Shown here: positions 36,024 through 46,096 of the stretch, in pieces | Layout: every line of letters starts with the position of its first letter | How positions within the stretch are numbered: position 1 is the first letter of the stretch | DNA from: an uncultured Phycisphaeraceae bacterium | Lineage (GTDB): Bacteria; Planctomycetota; Phycisphaerae; Phycisphaerales; UBA1924 | Direction: 5' to 3' | Length of the DNA: 64,000 nt | Assembly: GCA_964615765.1 (NCBI GenBank) | Contig: CAZTQN010000004.1 | Span: 44,291 to 108,290 of the forward strand | Notes under the pieces: generated by a model | The model's database searches: none | The model's input: only the letters and a program-made list of their open reading frames with translations | What the model was told of the DNA's origin: nothing | Made by a program: the position numbers and the translations under genes

Positions 36024-39000
36024 ATGCCCACCCTCTACCTCATCGACGGCTACGCCCAGTTCTTCCGCGCATACCACGCCATCCGCACGCCCATGTCCTC
36101 GCCGGTCACCAAAGAACCGACGAACATGACCTTCGGGTTCGTCGGCATGCTGCTCAAGCTCTTCCGCGCCGAGGGCAGCATCGCTGCCGCCCGCCCGGAG
36201 TACGTCGCCGTCGCGCTCGACGTCTCCGACGATCGCGGCACGTTCCGCTCAACGCTCTACCCCGAGTACAAAGCCACGCGTCCACCGCCGCCCGAAGACC
36301 TCGGCCCCCAGGTCGAACGCTGCCTGAACCTGCTGCGCTCGATGCAGATCCCGATCATCGGCGCCGCCGGCTACGAAGCCGACGACGCGATCGCGGCGAT
36401 TGTCGCGCGCCTCAAGGCCGAGCGCCCGGACGTCCGCGTCCGCATCATCTCGAAAGACAAAGACCTCAAGCAGCTCCTCGACGACAACCGCGTCGAGCTC
36501 TTCGACATCCACACCGATCTCGTTATTGACGAAGCCGCGCTCCGAGCCGACACCGGCCTGCGCCCCGATCAGATCGTCGACTTCCTCGCGCTCATGGGCG
36601 ACACCGTCGACAACGTCCCCGGCGTCGAAGGCGTCGGGCCAAAGACCGCCGCCGAGCTCATCGCCACCTTCGGCTCGCTCGACGCCGTGCTCGCCGAAAC
36701 CCGCAAGGACAAGCCCGCGATCAAGGGCAAGCGTCTTGAGAACATTCGTGCGGCGGACGCCGCCGGTCAACTCCCGCTCGCCAAACAACTCGTCACCCTC
36801 CGCCCCGACACGCCGATCGAGTTCGCGCTCGAAGCCTGCAACGTCTCCTCGTTCAACCTCCGCGCCCTCGCCCCCGCGCTCCGCGAACTCGGCTTCAACC
36901 GCTTCCAGGACGAACTCGCCACCATCCTCGGCGAGCCGCGCGCGAACCTCAACCCCGTGCTCGCCGCGTCCAACTTCATGCCGGCGACGACCGCCGCGCC
37001 GTCGCCCGCGACGGTTCCCGCAACGCCCAAAGCCAAGCCGCGCTCCAACAGCACCTCCGCGCCCGACGACCACTTCGGCGGGCTCTTCGCGCAGCGCGAC
37101 TTCGATGCCCCGGCCGCCGCCCCGATCATCACGCCGCAGTCCGGCACCTACCGCTGCATCACCACCGCCGCCCAGCTCCGCGATCTGGTCGACGAACTCC
37201 GCGCCGCCGACGTCATCGCCATCGACACCGAAACCCGCGGCCTCTACCCGATGCGCGACGCGCTCTGCGGCGTCTGCCTCTCGACGCAGATCGGCACCGG
37301 CGTCTACGTCCCCGTCCGCTCGCCCGATTGCTCGCTGCACCTCAGCCCCGAAACCGTGCTCGACGCGCTCCGCCCCATCCTTGAAGACCCCGCGCGGGCC
37401 AAGTGCGGGCACAACCTCAAGTTCGACATGCTCGTGCTCCGCGCCGCCGGCGTGCGGCTCGCCGGGTTCTTCTCCGATGCACCGCCGCTGCACGCGGGCG
37501 GCACGGACACAGCCCCCGCCTTCGCCGGCCTCGTGCAGTCCGACCTGCCCCACGCCCGCGTCTTCGACTCCATGGTCGCGTCCTACCTCATCGACGCCGA
37601 CCGTTCTTCGCACGGCCTCGACGCCCTCGCGCTCGCCCTCCTGAACCGCACCAACATCAGCCTCAAGGACCTCATCGGCTCGGGGCCCAGCCAGAAGTGC
37701 TTCGATCAGATCACCCTCGAACAAGCCACGCAGTACGCGGCGGAGGACGCCGACGTCGCCCTGCAGCTCCGCGCCGTGATGCTCCCGCAGCTCGCGGCGA
37801 TGGGCCTGCTCCCGCTTTTCGAGCGCGTCGAGATGCCGCTTGTCGAGGTGCTCGCCGAACTCGAATGGAATGGCATCCGCGTCGATCGGGCCGAGCTCGA
37901 CCGTCAGCGTGCCCGCCTGCAATCGCGCATCGACGTCATCCGCACCGACATCGACCGCGCCAGCGATGCCGCGCTGGGCGTGCGCTTCAACCCCGACTCG
38001 CCCAAGCAGCTCGCCGTCGCGCTCTTCAACCCGCCCGATCACCCGGAGCAGCCGGGCCTGGGCATCAAGCCGCTGAAGCGCACCAAGACGGGCTACTCCA
38101 CCGACGTTGAAGTGCTCGAGCAGCTCGCGTCCGACCCGGCCATCGAGAGCCCGATCCCGCGACTGATCGTCGAGCACCGCCAGCTCACCAAGCTCGTCGG
38201 CACCTATCTCGCCGCGCTCGCCGACGAGATTTACCCCGACGACTGCCTGGGCGGCAACCGCATCCACGCGTCGTTCAACCAGACGGTCGCGGCGACCGGG
38301 CGCCTGTCCTCGTCGGACCCGAACCTGCAGAACATCCCGATCCGCACCGACATCGGGCGCGAGATCCGCCGCGCCTTCATCGCCGAGCCCGGCTGCACGC
38401 TCGTCACCGCCGACTACTCGCAGATCGAACTCCGCCTGCTCGCCCACCTCTCGCGCGACCCGGCCCTGATCCAGGCCTTCCTCGACGGGCAGGACATCCA
38501 CACCGCCGTCGCCGCCCAGATCCACAACATCCCCATCGAGCACGTCACGCGTGAGCAGCGCTCCGGCGCCAAGATGGTCAACTTCGGCATCGTCTACGGC
38601 ATCACCGCCTTCGGGCTCGCCCGCCGCCTGGGCGTCTCCAACACCGAGGCCGACCAGATCATCTCCGGCTACAAGAAGCGCTTCGCCGGCATCACCACCT
38701 TCCTGCAGGAGTGCGTCTCGCAGGCGCAGCGTTTCGGCTACGTCGAAACCATGCTGGGCCGACGCCGCCCCATCCCCGACATCGACTCGACCAACCCCTC
38801 CCGCCGCTCGCTCGCCGAGCGCGTCGCGATCAACTCCGTCGTGCAGGGCTCGGCGGCCGACCTCATCAAACTCGCGATGGTCGACATCCACGCCCACCTG
38901 CTCCGCCAGCGCACCGCCGGCGACAGCGCCCCCCTCTCCAGCACGCGCATGCTGCTGCAGATCCACGACGAACTGGTCTTCGAGTGCCCGCTCGCGCACG

Positions 39001-39110
39001 CGGAGGACGCCAAGGCGTTCGTCAAGCAGCGCATGGAGTCGGCGATGAGGCTGCGCGTCCCGCTGATCGCCGACGCCCACGCCGCGCCAAACTGGTTTGA
39101 CGGCAAATAG
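36024..39110 (+). CDS. polA: DNA polymerase I (5'-3' exonuclease, 3'-5' exonuclease and polymerase domains)
   Basis: The N-terminus MPTLYLIDGYAQFFRAYHA, SKDKDLKQLL and GDTVDNVPGVEGVGPKTA mark the 5' nuclease. Exo motifs are IAIDTET, GHNLKFDM and YAAEDADV. Polymerase motifs are RIHASFNQTVAATGRLSSSDPNLQNIP, DYSQIELRLLAHLS, RSGAKMVNFGIVYG and LLQIHDELVFE. Confidence 0.95.
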   Translation: MPTLYLIDGYAQFFRAYHAIRTPMSSPVTKEPTNMTFGFVGMLLKLFRAEGSIAAARPEYVAVALDVSDDRGTFRSTLYPEYKATRPPPPEDLGPQVERCLNLLRSMQIPIIGAAGYEADDAIAAIVARLKAERPDVRVRIISKDKDLKQLLDDNRVELFDIHTDLVIDEAALRADTGLRPDQIVDFLALMGDTVDNVPGVEGVGPKTAAELIATFGSLDAVLAETRKDKPAIKGKRLENIRAADAAGQLPLAKQLVTLRPDTPIEFALEACNVSSFNLRALAPALRELGFNRFQDELATILGEPRANLNPVLAASNFMPATTAAPSPATVPATPKAKPRSNSTSAPDDHFGGLFAQRDFDAPAAAPIITPQSGTYRCITTAAQLRDLVDELRAADVIAIDTETRGLYPMRDALCGVCLSTQIGTGVYVPVRSPDCSLHLSPETVLDALRPILEDPARAKCGHNLKFDMLVLRAAGVRLAGFFSDAPPLHAGGTDTAPAFAGLVQSDLPHARVFDSMVASYLIDADRSSHGLDALALALLNRTNISLKDLIGSGPSQKCFDQITLEQATQYAAEDADVALQLRAVMLPQLAAMGLLPLFERVEMPLVEVLAELEWNGIRVDRAELDRQRARLQSRIDVIRTDIDRASDAALGVRFNPDSPKQLAVALFNPPDHPEQPGLGIKPLKRTKTGYSTDVEVLEQLASDPAIESPIPRLIVEHRQLTKLVGTYLAALADEIYPDDCLGGNRIHASFNQTVAATGRLSSSDPNLQNIPIRTDIGREIRRAFIAEPGCTLVTADYSQIELRLLAHLSRDPALIQAFLDGQDIHTAVAAQIHNIPIEHVTREQRSGAKMVNFGIVYGITAFGLARRLGVSNTEADQIISGYKKRFAGITTFLQECVSQAQRFGYVETMLGRRRPIPDIDSTNPSRRSLAERVAINSVVQGSAADLIKLAMVDIHAHLLRQRTAGDSAPLSSTRMLLQIHDELVFECPLAHAEDAKAFVKQRMESAMRLRVPLIADAHAAPNWFDGK

Positions 39111-39379
39111 CCAGCCGCGGGGCCCGTCGACGTTCGACGCCGAGAGAACCAACCGCCCGGTTCTCGGGGCCTGCTGCGCGTCCGAGAACCGCCGAAAGGC
39201 ACCCAGTTTCCTCGAAGTTCATAGTTCGCGCCCGGTCTCTTCAAGGATTGCGCAAATTTGCTCCCTTGATCGAGCCGCCGCGCGGTACCCGTGCCATAAT
39301 CACTTCGCCCTCCAGGCACCGCGTGCGTCCGCCGTGGCCGCTCGCGACATTCAGTTCTCTTGCAGACAGGACGTCCTGC

Positions 39380-39952
39380 ATGCGTCGTCGTTCCGTCGTC
39401 GTCGCGGTCGCTGCGCTCGCCGCCGCCGCCTCCTCCACCCTCGCTCAAACCATCGATTTCGACCTCGGGAATATCACCCCGGGCGTGCGGAACCTCACGG
39501 GCACCACCGTCGGGGCCAGCAATGACATTGACACATACGCGCCGCTGGGCAACACCACGGTGATCTGGGACCAGGACGTCATCTACCGCTTCGTCACCAG
39601 CCAGCCCCTCACCTTCTCCTTCACGTCCAACGATCCGGACTCCAGCCCGGACATGGACTTCTTCCTGCTCACCAGCACGGCGACCACGCTCAACGCCAGC
39701 AACCTGCGCCAGGCGACGCTCGCATCGCAGCAAACTTCGCTCTGGTTCATCGACAGCCAGCCCGCCTTCACGCTCCCGGCCGGCACCTACTTCTTCGTCA
39801 TCGACGCGTGGCGTGGCAACCCGACGACCGTTGGCACGCCCGCAACCGGCCGCGCCGGCGCGTACAACGTCTCGCTCAGTCTCGTTCCCAGCCCGTCCGC
39901 CGCGGCCCTCATGGGTCTGGCCGGCCTGGTCGCGACGCGCCGTCGGCGCTGA
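39380..39952 (+). CDS. Secreted protein with PEP-CTERM-like C-terminal sorting signal
   Basis: The start is ATG 39380. The signal peptide is MRRRSVVVAVAALAAAASSTLAQ. The C-terminus VPSPSAAALMGLAGLVATRRRR has a P-x-P motif, a TM helix and an Arg cluster. Confidence 0.75.
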   Translation: MRRRSVVVAVAALAAAASSTLAQTIDFDLGNITPGVRNLTGTTVGASNDIDTYAPLGNTTVIWDQDVIYRFVTSQPLTFSFTSNDPDSSPDMDFFLLTSTATTLNASNLRQATLASQQTSLWFIDSQPAFTLPAGTYFFVIDAWRGNPTTVGTPATGRAGAYNVSLSLVPSPSAAALMGLAGLVATRRRR

Positions 39953-40005
39953 GCCTGCTCCGTCCCAGTTCGCCCTGGCGAGGGCAGAAATCCTGAGACT
40001 CTCTC

Positions 40006-40050
40006 CGCGTGGCGGGGCCGGATTCGTCCGGTCCCGCCACGCGACTTTTT
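40006..40050 (+). terminator. Strong intrinsic terminator after the 39380..39952 gene
   Basis: A 17-bp stem pairs cgcgtggcggggccgga (40006-40022) with tccggtcccgccacgcg (40027-40043), with one G-U pair and a ttcg loop. It is followed by acttttt (T-run 40046-40050). Confidence 0.85.
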
Positions 40051-40071
40051 GCGATCGTCAGAACAATCGCG

Positions 40072-40926
40072 TCACAGCCGGGCGCGGTTGATCCAGCCCC
40101 ACCCTTGCCGTGTTTGCGGGTTGCGGACCCATCCGTCGCCCTCGGCCGTCGACCCAAGAAAGAAGAACCGCATCGAGTTGAAGTCGCGCCCTTCGCGCGC
40201 CTTTGGGTCCGGCCCGCCGGGGACGGTGATCTGCAGCGCCGTCCCGTCCAGCATCGACAGCGTCCCCTTGCCCCCGTGCCGCTGCGACAACTGATCGAGC
40301 TCGCCGATGAACCGCACGTCTGGCGTGATGGTGTTCTCGAACATCTCGTGCTCTTCGACGAACACGGGCAGCATGCCGGGAATCACCTTGAAGCCCCGCG
40401 GCGTCTGGTCGGACCGGAAGAACGCCGGCTCGCCCAGCACGTCCGTCGCCGGCGGGTCGATCTCGTACCCCGTGCGGATGTCCGCCGCGAGCGAGGCGCC
40501 GTCGGCGTTGCCCAAAATCGTGTAGTCGGTGTCGAGCGTGTGCTTGCCGGGGAACTCGCGGAGCGAGCGCTTGTCCTCGCCCGTCGCGCTCCGCCGCGCG
40601 TTCTCCGGACAGCCGAAGATCGTGTCGGTCTGCTCGAGATAGTCAAAGATCGGCCCGCGCACCGTCCCGAACGGGTCGCCCTGCCCGGCGGCGTTCTGAC
40701 GGAGCCACTGGTTCACGTTCCACGACACGTCCCGGTTCTCGACGGCGTACGTCGCCGTCGCGATGCCGAGCTGCTTGTTGTTCGACAGGCACACCGCCGC
40801 TTTGCCCGCGGCCCGAGCCGCACCCAGCGCCGGCAGAAGGATCCCGATCAGCAGCGCGATGATCGCGATCACCACCAGCAGCTCGATCAACGTAAACGCC
40901 CGACGCACCGATGCAGCGCTCTTCAT
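40072..40926 (-). CDS. Prepilin-type N-terminal cleavage/methylation domain protein with H-X9-DG motif (DUF1559-like)
   Basis: From ATG 40926 the protein reads [38 protein letters not shown] (class III signal peptide). Near the C-terminus it has [12 protein letters not shown] (H-X9-DG). Confidence 0.85.
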   Translation of the reverse strand: MKSAASVRRAFTLIELLVVIAIIALLIGILLPALGAARAAGKAAVCLSNNKQLGIATATYAVENRDVSWNVNQWLRQNAAGQGDPFGTVRGPIFDYLEQTDTIFGCPENARRSATGEDKRSLREFPGKHTLDTDYTILGNADGASLAADIRTGYEIDPPATDVLGEPAFFRSDQTPRGFKVIPGMLPVFVEEHEMFENTITPDVRFIGELDQLSQRHGGKGTLSMLDGTALQITVPGGPDPKAREGRDFNSMRFFFLGSTAEGDGWVRNPQTRQGWGWINRARL

Positions 40927-41076
40927 CACGCACTCCGTTCGTGTTCGCGCCCGCGCTCCCGGCGCCGGCCCGAAGTGACAGTGTCGGCACGGCGCCCGCG
41001 CCCGGTTGACCCGGACTTTCACCTTCGTGCAAACTTCACAATCGCCCCTCGCTCCGCCGCCCCTCTACCCTCGCCC

Positions 41077-42003
41077 ATGCCCGCGGCTCCCGCAACCTGG
41101 ACCACCCGCGCCCTGCTGACCTGGATCTCCGAGGCGTTCACCAAAAAGGGCCTCGATTCCCCGCGTCTCTCGGCGGAAATGTTGCTGGCCCACGTCTTCG
41201 CCTGCGACCGCCTCAAGCTCTACACCGACGTCGACCGCCCCGCTTCCCCCCTCGAACGCGAGCAGCTCCGCGACCTCGTCGCCCGCGCCCTCAAGCACGA
41301 GCCCGTGCAATACCTCGTCAACGAGAAGTGGTTCTTCGGCATCCCGCTCCACGTCGACAAGCGCGTCCTCATCCCGCGCCCCTCCACCGAGACCATCATC
41401 GAGCAGGTCCTCGCCCACGCCCGGGCCCAGCCCGGCTTCGGCGGCAAGACCGGCGAGGGCGTCCGCTTCGCCGACATCTGCACCGGCTCCGGCGCCATCG
41501 CCATCGCCCTGCTCAAGAACATGCCCAAGGCGACCGCCCTCGCCACCGACATCTCGGAAGACGCGCTCGCCGTCGCCAAGAAAAACGCCGAGCGCCACGC
41601 CCTCGCTGACCGCCTGCAACTGCTGAGGGGCGACCTCACCGCCCCCCTCGCCGACAGCGCGGCCCACGCCGCCCCCATCACCGACCTGCACTACATCACC
41701 GCCAACCCGCCCTACATCCCCGACCACGAGTGGGACGCCGTCGAGCCCAACGTGAAGGACTTCGAACCCCACGCCGCCCTCCGCGCCGGGCCCGACGGCC
41801 TGCAATTCCTCATCCCCCTCGCCGAGAGCGCACCCGCCCACCTGCGCCCGCACGGCCTGCTCCTCCTCGAAACCGCTGCCTGCACCGCCAAGGCCGTCGC
41901 CGACCGCCTCCGCGCGAGCGCGCTGATCGACCCCGACTCCGTCCGCATCGCCAAGGACATCGAAGGGCTGGACCGCGTCGTGATCGGCGCCCGCCGCGGC
42001 TGA
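41077..42003 (+). CDS. prmC: Peptide chain release factor N5-glutamine methyltransferase
   Basis: The start is ATG 41077. Motifs are LLAHVFACDRLKLY, HEPVQYLVNEKWFFGIPLHVDKRVLIPRPSTE, ADICTGSGAIAIAL and ITANPPYIP (NPPY). Confidence 0.88.
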   Translation: MPAAPATWTTRALLTWISEAFTKKGLDSPRLSAEMLLAHVFACDRLKLYTDVDRPASPLEREQLRDLVARALKHEPVQYLVNEKWFFGIPLHVDKRVLIPRPSTETIIEQVLAHARAQPGFGGKTGEGVRFADICTGSGAIAIALLKNMPKATALATDISEDALAVAKKNAERHALADRLQLLRGDLTAPLADSAAHAAPITDLHYITANPPYIPDHEWDAVEPNVKDFEPHAALRAGPDGLQFLIPLAESAPAHLRPHGLLLLETAACTAKAVADRLRASALIDPDSVRIAKDIEGLDRVVIGARRG

Positions 42004-42049
42004 TGCGCCCTTCACCAGCGCCCGCCGCCCCCGCCACTATCCTCCTCAC

Positions 42050-42733
42050 ATGTGCGGCCGCTACGCCTTCAAGCTCACCTGGGCCCAGCTCCACGACCTG
42101 CTCGCCTTCGGCCTGTTCCCCGAGTCGCTGAATCAGCAGTTGCAGCCCTCGTTCAACGTCGCGCCCACGCACGACTGCGCCATCGTCGCGCAGCGCGATC
42201 ACCAGCGTGAACTGCTGCTCGCCCGCTGGGGCTTCGTGCCCACATGGTGGTCCGCCGCCGAGCCGCCCAAGCACACGATCAACGCCCGCAGCGAGACGGC
42301 GGGCACCTCCAACATGTTCCGCGCCGCGTTCAAAGCCAGCCGCTGCCTCGTCCCCGCGTCCGGATACTTCGAGTGGCAAACGCTCCCCACCGGCGGCAAA
42401 AGCCCCGTGTTCATCGCCCGCGCAGACCAGGCCCCGCTGCTGATGGGCGGCGTGCACGCCTGCAACGCGAACCAGCCCACCTTCGCCGTCCTCACCACCT
42501 CCGCACCCACCGGCCTCGAAGCCATCCACGACCGCTCGCCCGTCATCCTCGAACCCGAAGCCGCCGCCCGCTGGCTCGACCCCGCCACGCCGCCGGACGA
42601 GATCCAGGCCCTGTGCCGCCCGGCCGCCGACGGCGTGCTGACGTTCCACCGCGTCGCCAAGGCCGTCGGCAACGTCCGCAACAACAGCCCGGAACTCATT
42701 CGCCCGCTCCCGCCGGAAACCCTCTTCGGGTGA
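42050..42733 (+). CDS. SOS response-associated peptidase (SRAP/YedK family, abasic-site processing)
   Basis: The invariant N-terminus is MCGRY. Other motifs are FNVAPTHD, LARWGFVPTWW, INARSET, RCLVPASGYFEW and IHDRSPVIL. Confidence 0.88.
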   Translation: MCGRYAFKLTWAQLHDLLAFGLFPESLNQQLQPSFNVAPTHDCAIVAQRDHQRELLLARWGFVPTWWSAAEPPKHTINARSETAGTSNMFRAAFKASRCLVPASGYFEWQTLPTGGKSPVFIARADQAPLLMGGVHACNANQPTFAVLTTSAPTGLEAIHDRSPVILEPEAAARWLDPATPPDEIQALCRPAADGVLTFHRVAKAVGNVRNNSPELIRPLPPETLFG

Positions 42734-42789
42734 CGCTCCGGAAGCCCGCTTTTTCCCGGTCATTTCCGGCGGCGCGTGTACACTCTGCC

Positions 42790-45189
42790 ATGTCGATGAA
42801 AGCGGTTTCGTCCGTGCCCGTCGGGTCGCCACGATTTGCCCCGCGCGTGCTGAGCGTGGCGGCCGCGCTCGTGCTCTGCGCCGGCGCCGCCCGCGCCGTC
42901 CCGACCACCACGCCGCTGCTCACCCCCGGCTTCGATGACACCGCCGGCGTCGCCGCCGCCGCCTTCGCCGGGGCCTACGCCACCACCGACACCTTCGAAG
43001 ACTCCGTCGAGATCCGCGACGCCCGACTCAACCTCACACGCACCATCACGCGGGCCGAGATCCAGGCCCTCGCCCCATGGCTCGCGCTCGACGGCGGGCC
43101 CGACGGCCCCTCCGCCGTCGCCCTGTCCGCCTCCGGACGACTCGCCTTCATCCTCGTGCACGACGACACCGTGCCCGCCGACGGCCTGCCCTCCGACGCC
43201 GTGCTCCGCCTCGACCTCGGCACCGGCGCCCTCGCCCTCTTCGCTCGCCTCGACGCCTTCGACCGCGGCGACATCGCCCCGCACCTCGCCCTCGCCCACC
43301 ACCGCGGCCTGCTCTGGGTCGGCACCAACACCGCCGGCATCCGCGTCTATTCCGCCGGCGCCAACACCACCGCCGGCACACTGCTGACCACCTGGACTTT
43401 GCCCGCCGCCGGCGCGGGCCAGCCAGTCACCGGTATCACCATCGACCGCGACGCGAGCACGCTCTTCGCCTCAACGCCCACGGCCGTCTACCGCGCCAAC
43501 ATCCCCACCTCCACCGCCACCGCGCCGACGTGGACCACGCTCGTCTCCGGCTCGTCCGACATCCGGGCCATCGCCTGGGCCGAGCACTTCGGCGGGACGT
43601 CCAACCGCGGGCTCTATCTCCTCCGCGGCACGCCCACCCCCCCCGGCGCCCGCATCGACGTCGTCTCCTACTTCGACGCCTTCTCGACCACGCCCGTCAC
43701 GCCGACGCTGTACACCACGTCGACCACGCCGCAGTTCGACCTCGCCGCGACGGCGGAGGGCGCGCTGCTCGTCGGCGCTGACGAGGACGCGCTGATCATC
43801 CGCGACACCGCCGACACGCGCCTGACCTTCGACGCCTGGCTCACCGACGAGTTCACGCAGGTCGCGACCTTCGCGCGCCGCCTCATCTCGCCCGACGGCG
43901 AGCCCGCCGGCTGGGTCATCGACGCCGACACCGACCTCACCATCAACCGCTTCCACCCCGCCACGCCCGACGCCGCGGGGTGGACGGTCCTGATGCTGCT
44001 GATGGCCGACCATCTCTTCGACGACGCGCAGGCCAAGGCGCAGGTTACCACCGTGCTCACGCGCTATGCGGGCTTGTCGACCGACAACATCCGCCCCTCG
44101 CGCACGACCGACGGCATCTACCGCCACTGGATCGACCCGCTCACGGGTCAGGCCAAGCCGGGGTGGGATCCGGAGTTCGCGACGCTGAGCACGATGAAGA
44201 TCGTCGCCGCCGCGGCTCGGGCCGCCGCGATGTACCCGGACGACCCCGCCATCGTCCGGGCCGCGCACCGCATCATCTTCCGCACGCGCAACTACGACCC
44301 GTACATCCAGACCTTCGGCTCGCGGGCCATGGCCTTCAAGGGCGCCGCCGCCGGCGGGCCCGACTTCGGCTCCTTCGCCGCGCCGTTCCACGAGGGCGTC
44401 ATCTTCGTCGAACAAGCCGCGACCTATGGCGGGTCCTCGAGCCAATCCGCCTTCACCGCCTGGCTCAACCGGGCCGCGCTCCCGAGCGCCACGCTCCTCA
44501 CCGGCCAGCCCGTCACCTCGACAGCCAACGGCCTGTTCGAAGCCTCGTTCATCAGCCTTTACCCCGCGCTGCTCACGCCGTCATACCGCGCCAGCACCGC
44601 CTGGCAGGCCCAGGTGAACAACCTCCGCTGGTCGCACGCCGCGTGGACGGACGACAACGCCCCGCGCTACTTCACCGTCTTCTCCGCCGGCACGACCAAG
44701 CCCGAGTGGGGCGGCTACAACGCCGACTCGCTCTCCAACCGCCCGGGCAACGTCACCACGTTCACCTCGCTGCTCGCGATGTCGGCCCTGGGCGACGCTT
44801 CGCCCGCCGTCAGCGCGTACCACGCCTACCGCAAGGGCGCCCGCCAGACCTTCCGCACCGGCGCGAGCATCCTGTACCGTCGCAGCGACATCGACCGCGC
44901 CTACCTGCCCAACTCGGCGGGCCTGCCGGACGTCGCGCTCGGCGCGCTGGGCATCGCCGACCTGATCCAGCCCGGCTCGATCGACGCCGTGCTCGCCCGC
45001 GCGTACCCGACCATCGAGCAGTGCCCGACCGACGTCAACGCCGACGGCGCGATCACCGTCGAGGACCTCTACCGCCACGTCGCGGCGCCGACCGACCTCA
45101 ACGGCGACGGCGCCACCAACGCGTCCGACACCCGCTGCCTCGCGGCCTGGCTGCGCCGCAACGAATCAACCGACACGCGCACACGCTGA
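42790..45189 (+). CDS. Large secreted protein (799 aa) of unknown function with C-terminal dockerin/EF-hand-like repeats (not GC-terminated)
   Basis: The start is ATG 42790. The signal peptide is VLSVAAALVLCAGAARA. The N-terminal half has propeller-like strands (GLLWVGTNTAGIRVYSAG, TLFASTPTAVYRANIP). The C-terminal half is helix-rich and possibly a glycosidase-like alpha-toroid, but this is unverified. The C-terminus is CPTDVNADGAITVEDLY....DLNGDGATNASDTRCLAAWL. Confidence 0.7.
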   Translation: MSMKAVSSVPVGSPRFAPRVLSVAAALVLCAGAARAVPTTTPLLTPGFDDTAGVAAAAFAGAYATTDTFEDSVEIRDARLNLTRTITRAEIQALAPWLALDGGPDGPSAVALSASGRLAFILVHDDTVPADGLPSDAVLRLDLGTGALALFARLDAFDRGDIAPHLALAHHRGLLWVGTNTAGIRVYSAGANTTAGTLLTTWTLPAAGAGQPVTGITIDRDASTLFASTPTAVYRANIPTSTATAPTWTTLVSGSSDIRAIAWAEHFGGTSNRGLYLLRGTPTPPGARIDVVSYFDAFSTTPVTPTLYTTSTTPQFDLAATAEGALLVGADEDALIIRDTADTRLTFDAWLTDEFTQVATFARRLISPDGEPAGWVIDADTDLTINRFHPATPDAAGWTVLMLLMADHLFDDAQAKAQVTTVLTRYAGLSTDNIRPSRTTDGIYRHWIDPLTGQAKPGWDPEFATLSTMKIVAAAARAAAMYPDDPAIVRAAHRIIFRTRNYDPYIQTFGSRAMAFKGAAAGGPDFGSFAAPFHEGVIFVEQAATYGGSSSQSAFTAWLNRAALPSATLLTGQPVTSTANGLFEASFISLYPALLTPSYRASTAWQAQVNNLRWSHAAWTDDNAPRYFTVFSAGTTKPEWGGYNADSLSNRPGNVTTFTSLLAMSALGDASPAVSAYHAYRKGARQTFRTGASILYRRSDIDRAYLPNSAGLPDVALGALGIADLIQPGSIDAVLARAYPTIEQCPTDVNADGAITVEDLYRHVAAPTDLNGDGATNASDTRCLAAWLRRNESTDTRTR

Positions 45190-45199
45190 TCGCCTCGCC

Positions 45200-45931
45200 T
45201 CAAAAGCAACCGCCGAAGTACGACGCCAGGAAGTCAAACACGTCCTGCACGCTCAGCTCGCCCGAGCGGTTGTAGTCCGCGGGGCAGAAGCGGCACGACG
45301 TCGGCGAGCACGCGCCGGCGAGCACGGACAGCTCGAGCGTCTCGCAGGTCGCGATGTCAACGACCGTGCACGCGCCGGTCGTCGGGTTGCAGCACCCAGC
45401 CGACGCCCCGCCGTCGACCTGCACCGCCGGCGGGAACGTCAAGTCACTCGCGATCCAGCCGTAGATGGTCCGAAACGAGTGCGCGACGCTGATCGGCTGG
45501 TCGCTCGTGTGCCAGCGCACGCGCCCCGGGGACACGCCCGACAGGTGCACGTAGTACGTGCCCGGCTGCAGCACCGTCGGCGTGCTCGGCGTCGCGACGT
45601 ACGCGCTCACCGCCTGCACGCTCGGAATGTTCAGGTCCGCCACCGTCACGCCCGCAGCAATCCCGTCCGCCACGGCGATTCGCCCGCGCACCGGCGTCGC
45701 GGCGTCGCTGCTCAGCCCCAGCGTCACGCTCGTCAGCGTCCGCGTCCGCGTCACCGTGAACTGGACCGCGATTTCCTGCAGCGGGAAGTCGGCCGTCACC
45801 GTCGAGTTGAACGCCGGATGAAACGTCCCCGTCGGCATCGTCGTGAAGATCACCTCGCCCGCCGCCGCTCGACCGACCACCGCCGCCGCGGCAATACCGA
45901 GCAGCGCGAGCATCTTCGAAGCCGTGATCAT
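45200..45931 (-). CDS. Secreted protein with one six-Cys repeat and one GC-type dockerin-like repeat (ends ...YFGGCF)
   Basis: AAGGA lies upstream of ATG 45931. The signal peptide is MITASKMLALLGIAAAAVVGRAAA. The six-Cys unit is GCCNPTTGACTVVDIATCETLELSVLAGACSPTSC and the dockerin repeat is CPADYNRSGELSVQDVFDFLASYFGGCF. Confidence 0.75.
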   Translation of the reverse strand: MITASKMLALLGIAAAAVVGRAAAGEVIFTTMPTGTFHPAFNSTVTADFPLQEIAVQFTVTRTRTLTSVTLGLSSDAATPVRGRIAVADGIAAGVTVADLNIPSVQAVSAYVATPSTPTVLQPGTYYVHLSGVSPGRVRWHTSDQPISVAHSFRTIYGWIASDLTFPPAVQVDGGASAGCCNPTTGACTVVDIATCETLELSVLAGACSPTSCRFCPADYNRSGELSVQDVFDFLASYFGGCF

Positions 45932-46032
45932 CGGTCGTCCTTTCGCAGGTGCGGGCGGTAAAGGAGATCGGAGCCCGACCCGACCAATCCGCCGCCGCAC
46001 CCCGCGACTATCACGCCCGACACATCACGCCC

Positions 46033-46062
46033 AAAAAACACAGCCGGGCCCGAAGGCCCGGC
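46033..46062 (-). terminator. Intrinsic terminator after the 46097..47050 gene
   Basis: On the minus strand the sequence is GCCGGGCC-ttcg-GGCCCGGC followed by tgtgtttttt. On the plus strand the stem spans 46043-46062 and the A-run spans 46033-46038. Confidence 0.8.
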
Positions 46063-46096
46063 CGGAAGTGAACTGTGCTGTCGATCGGGGCGCCGC

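Noticed and set aside
36249-39152. 967-aa minus-strand ORF
   Set aside because: It is antisense to polA, whose identity is unambiguous. Its composition is Gly/Arg/Asp/Val-rich and typical of a high-GC shadow frame.
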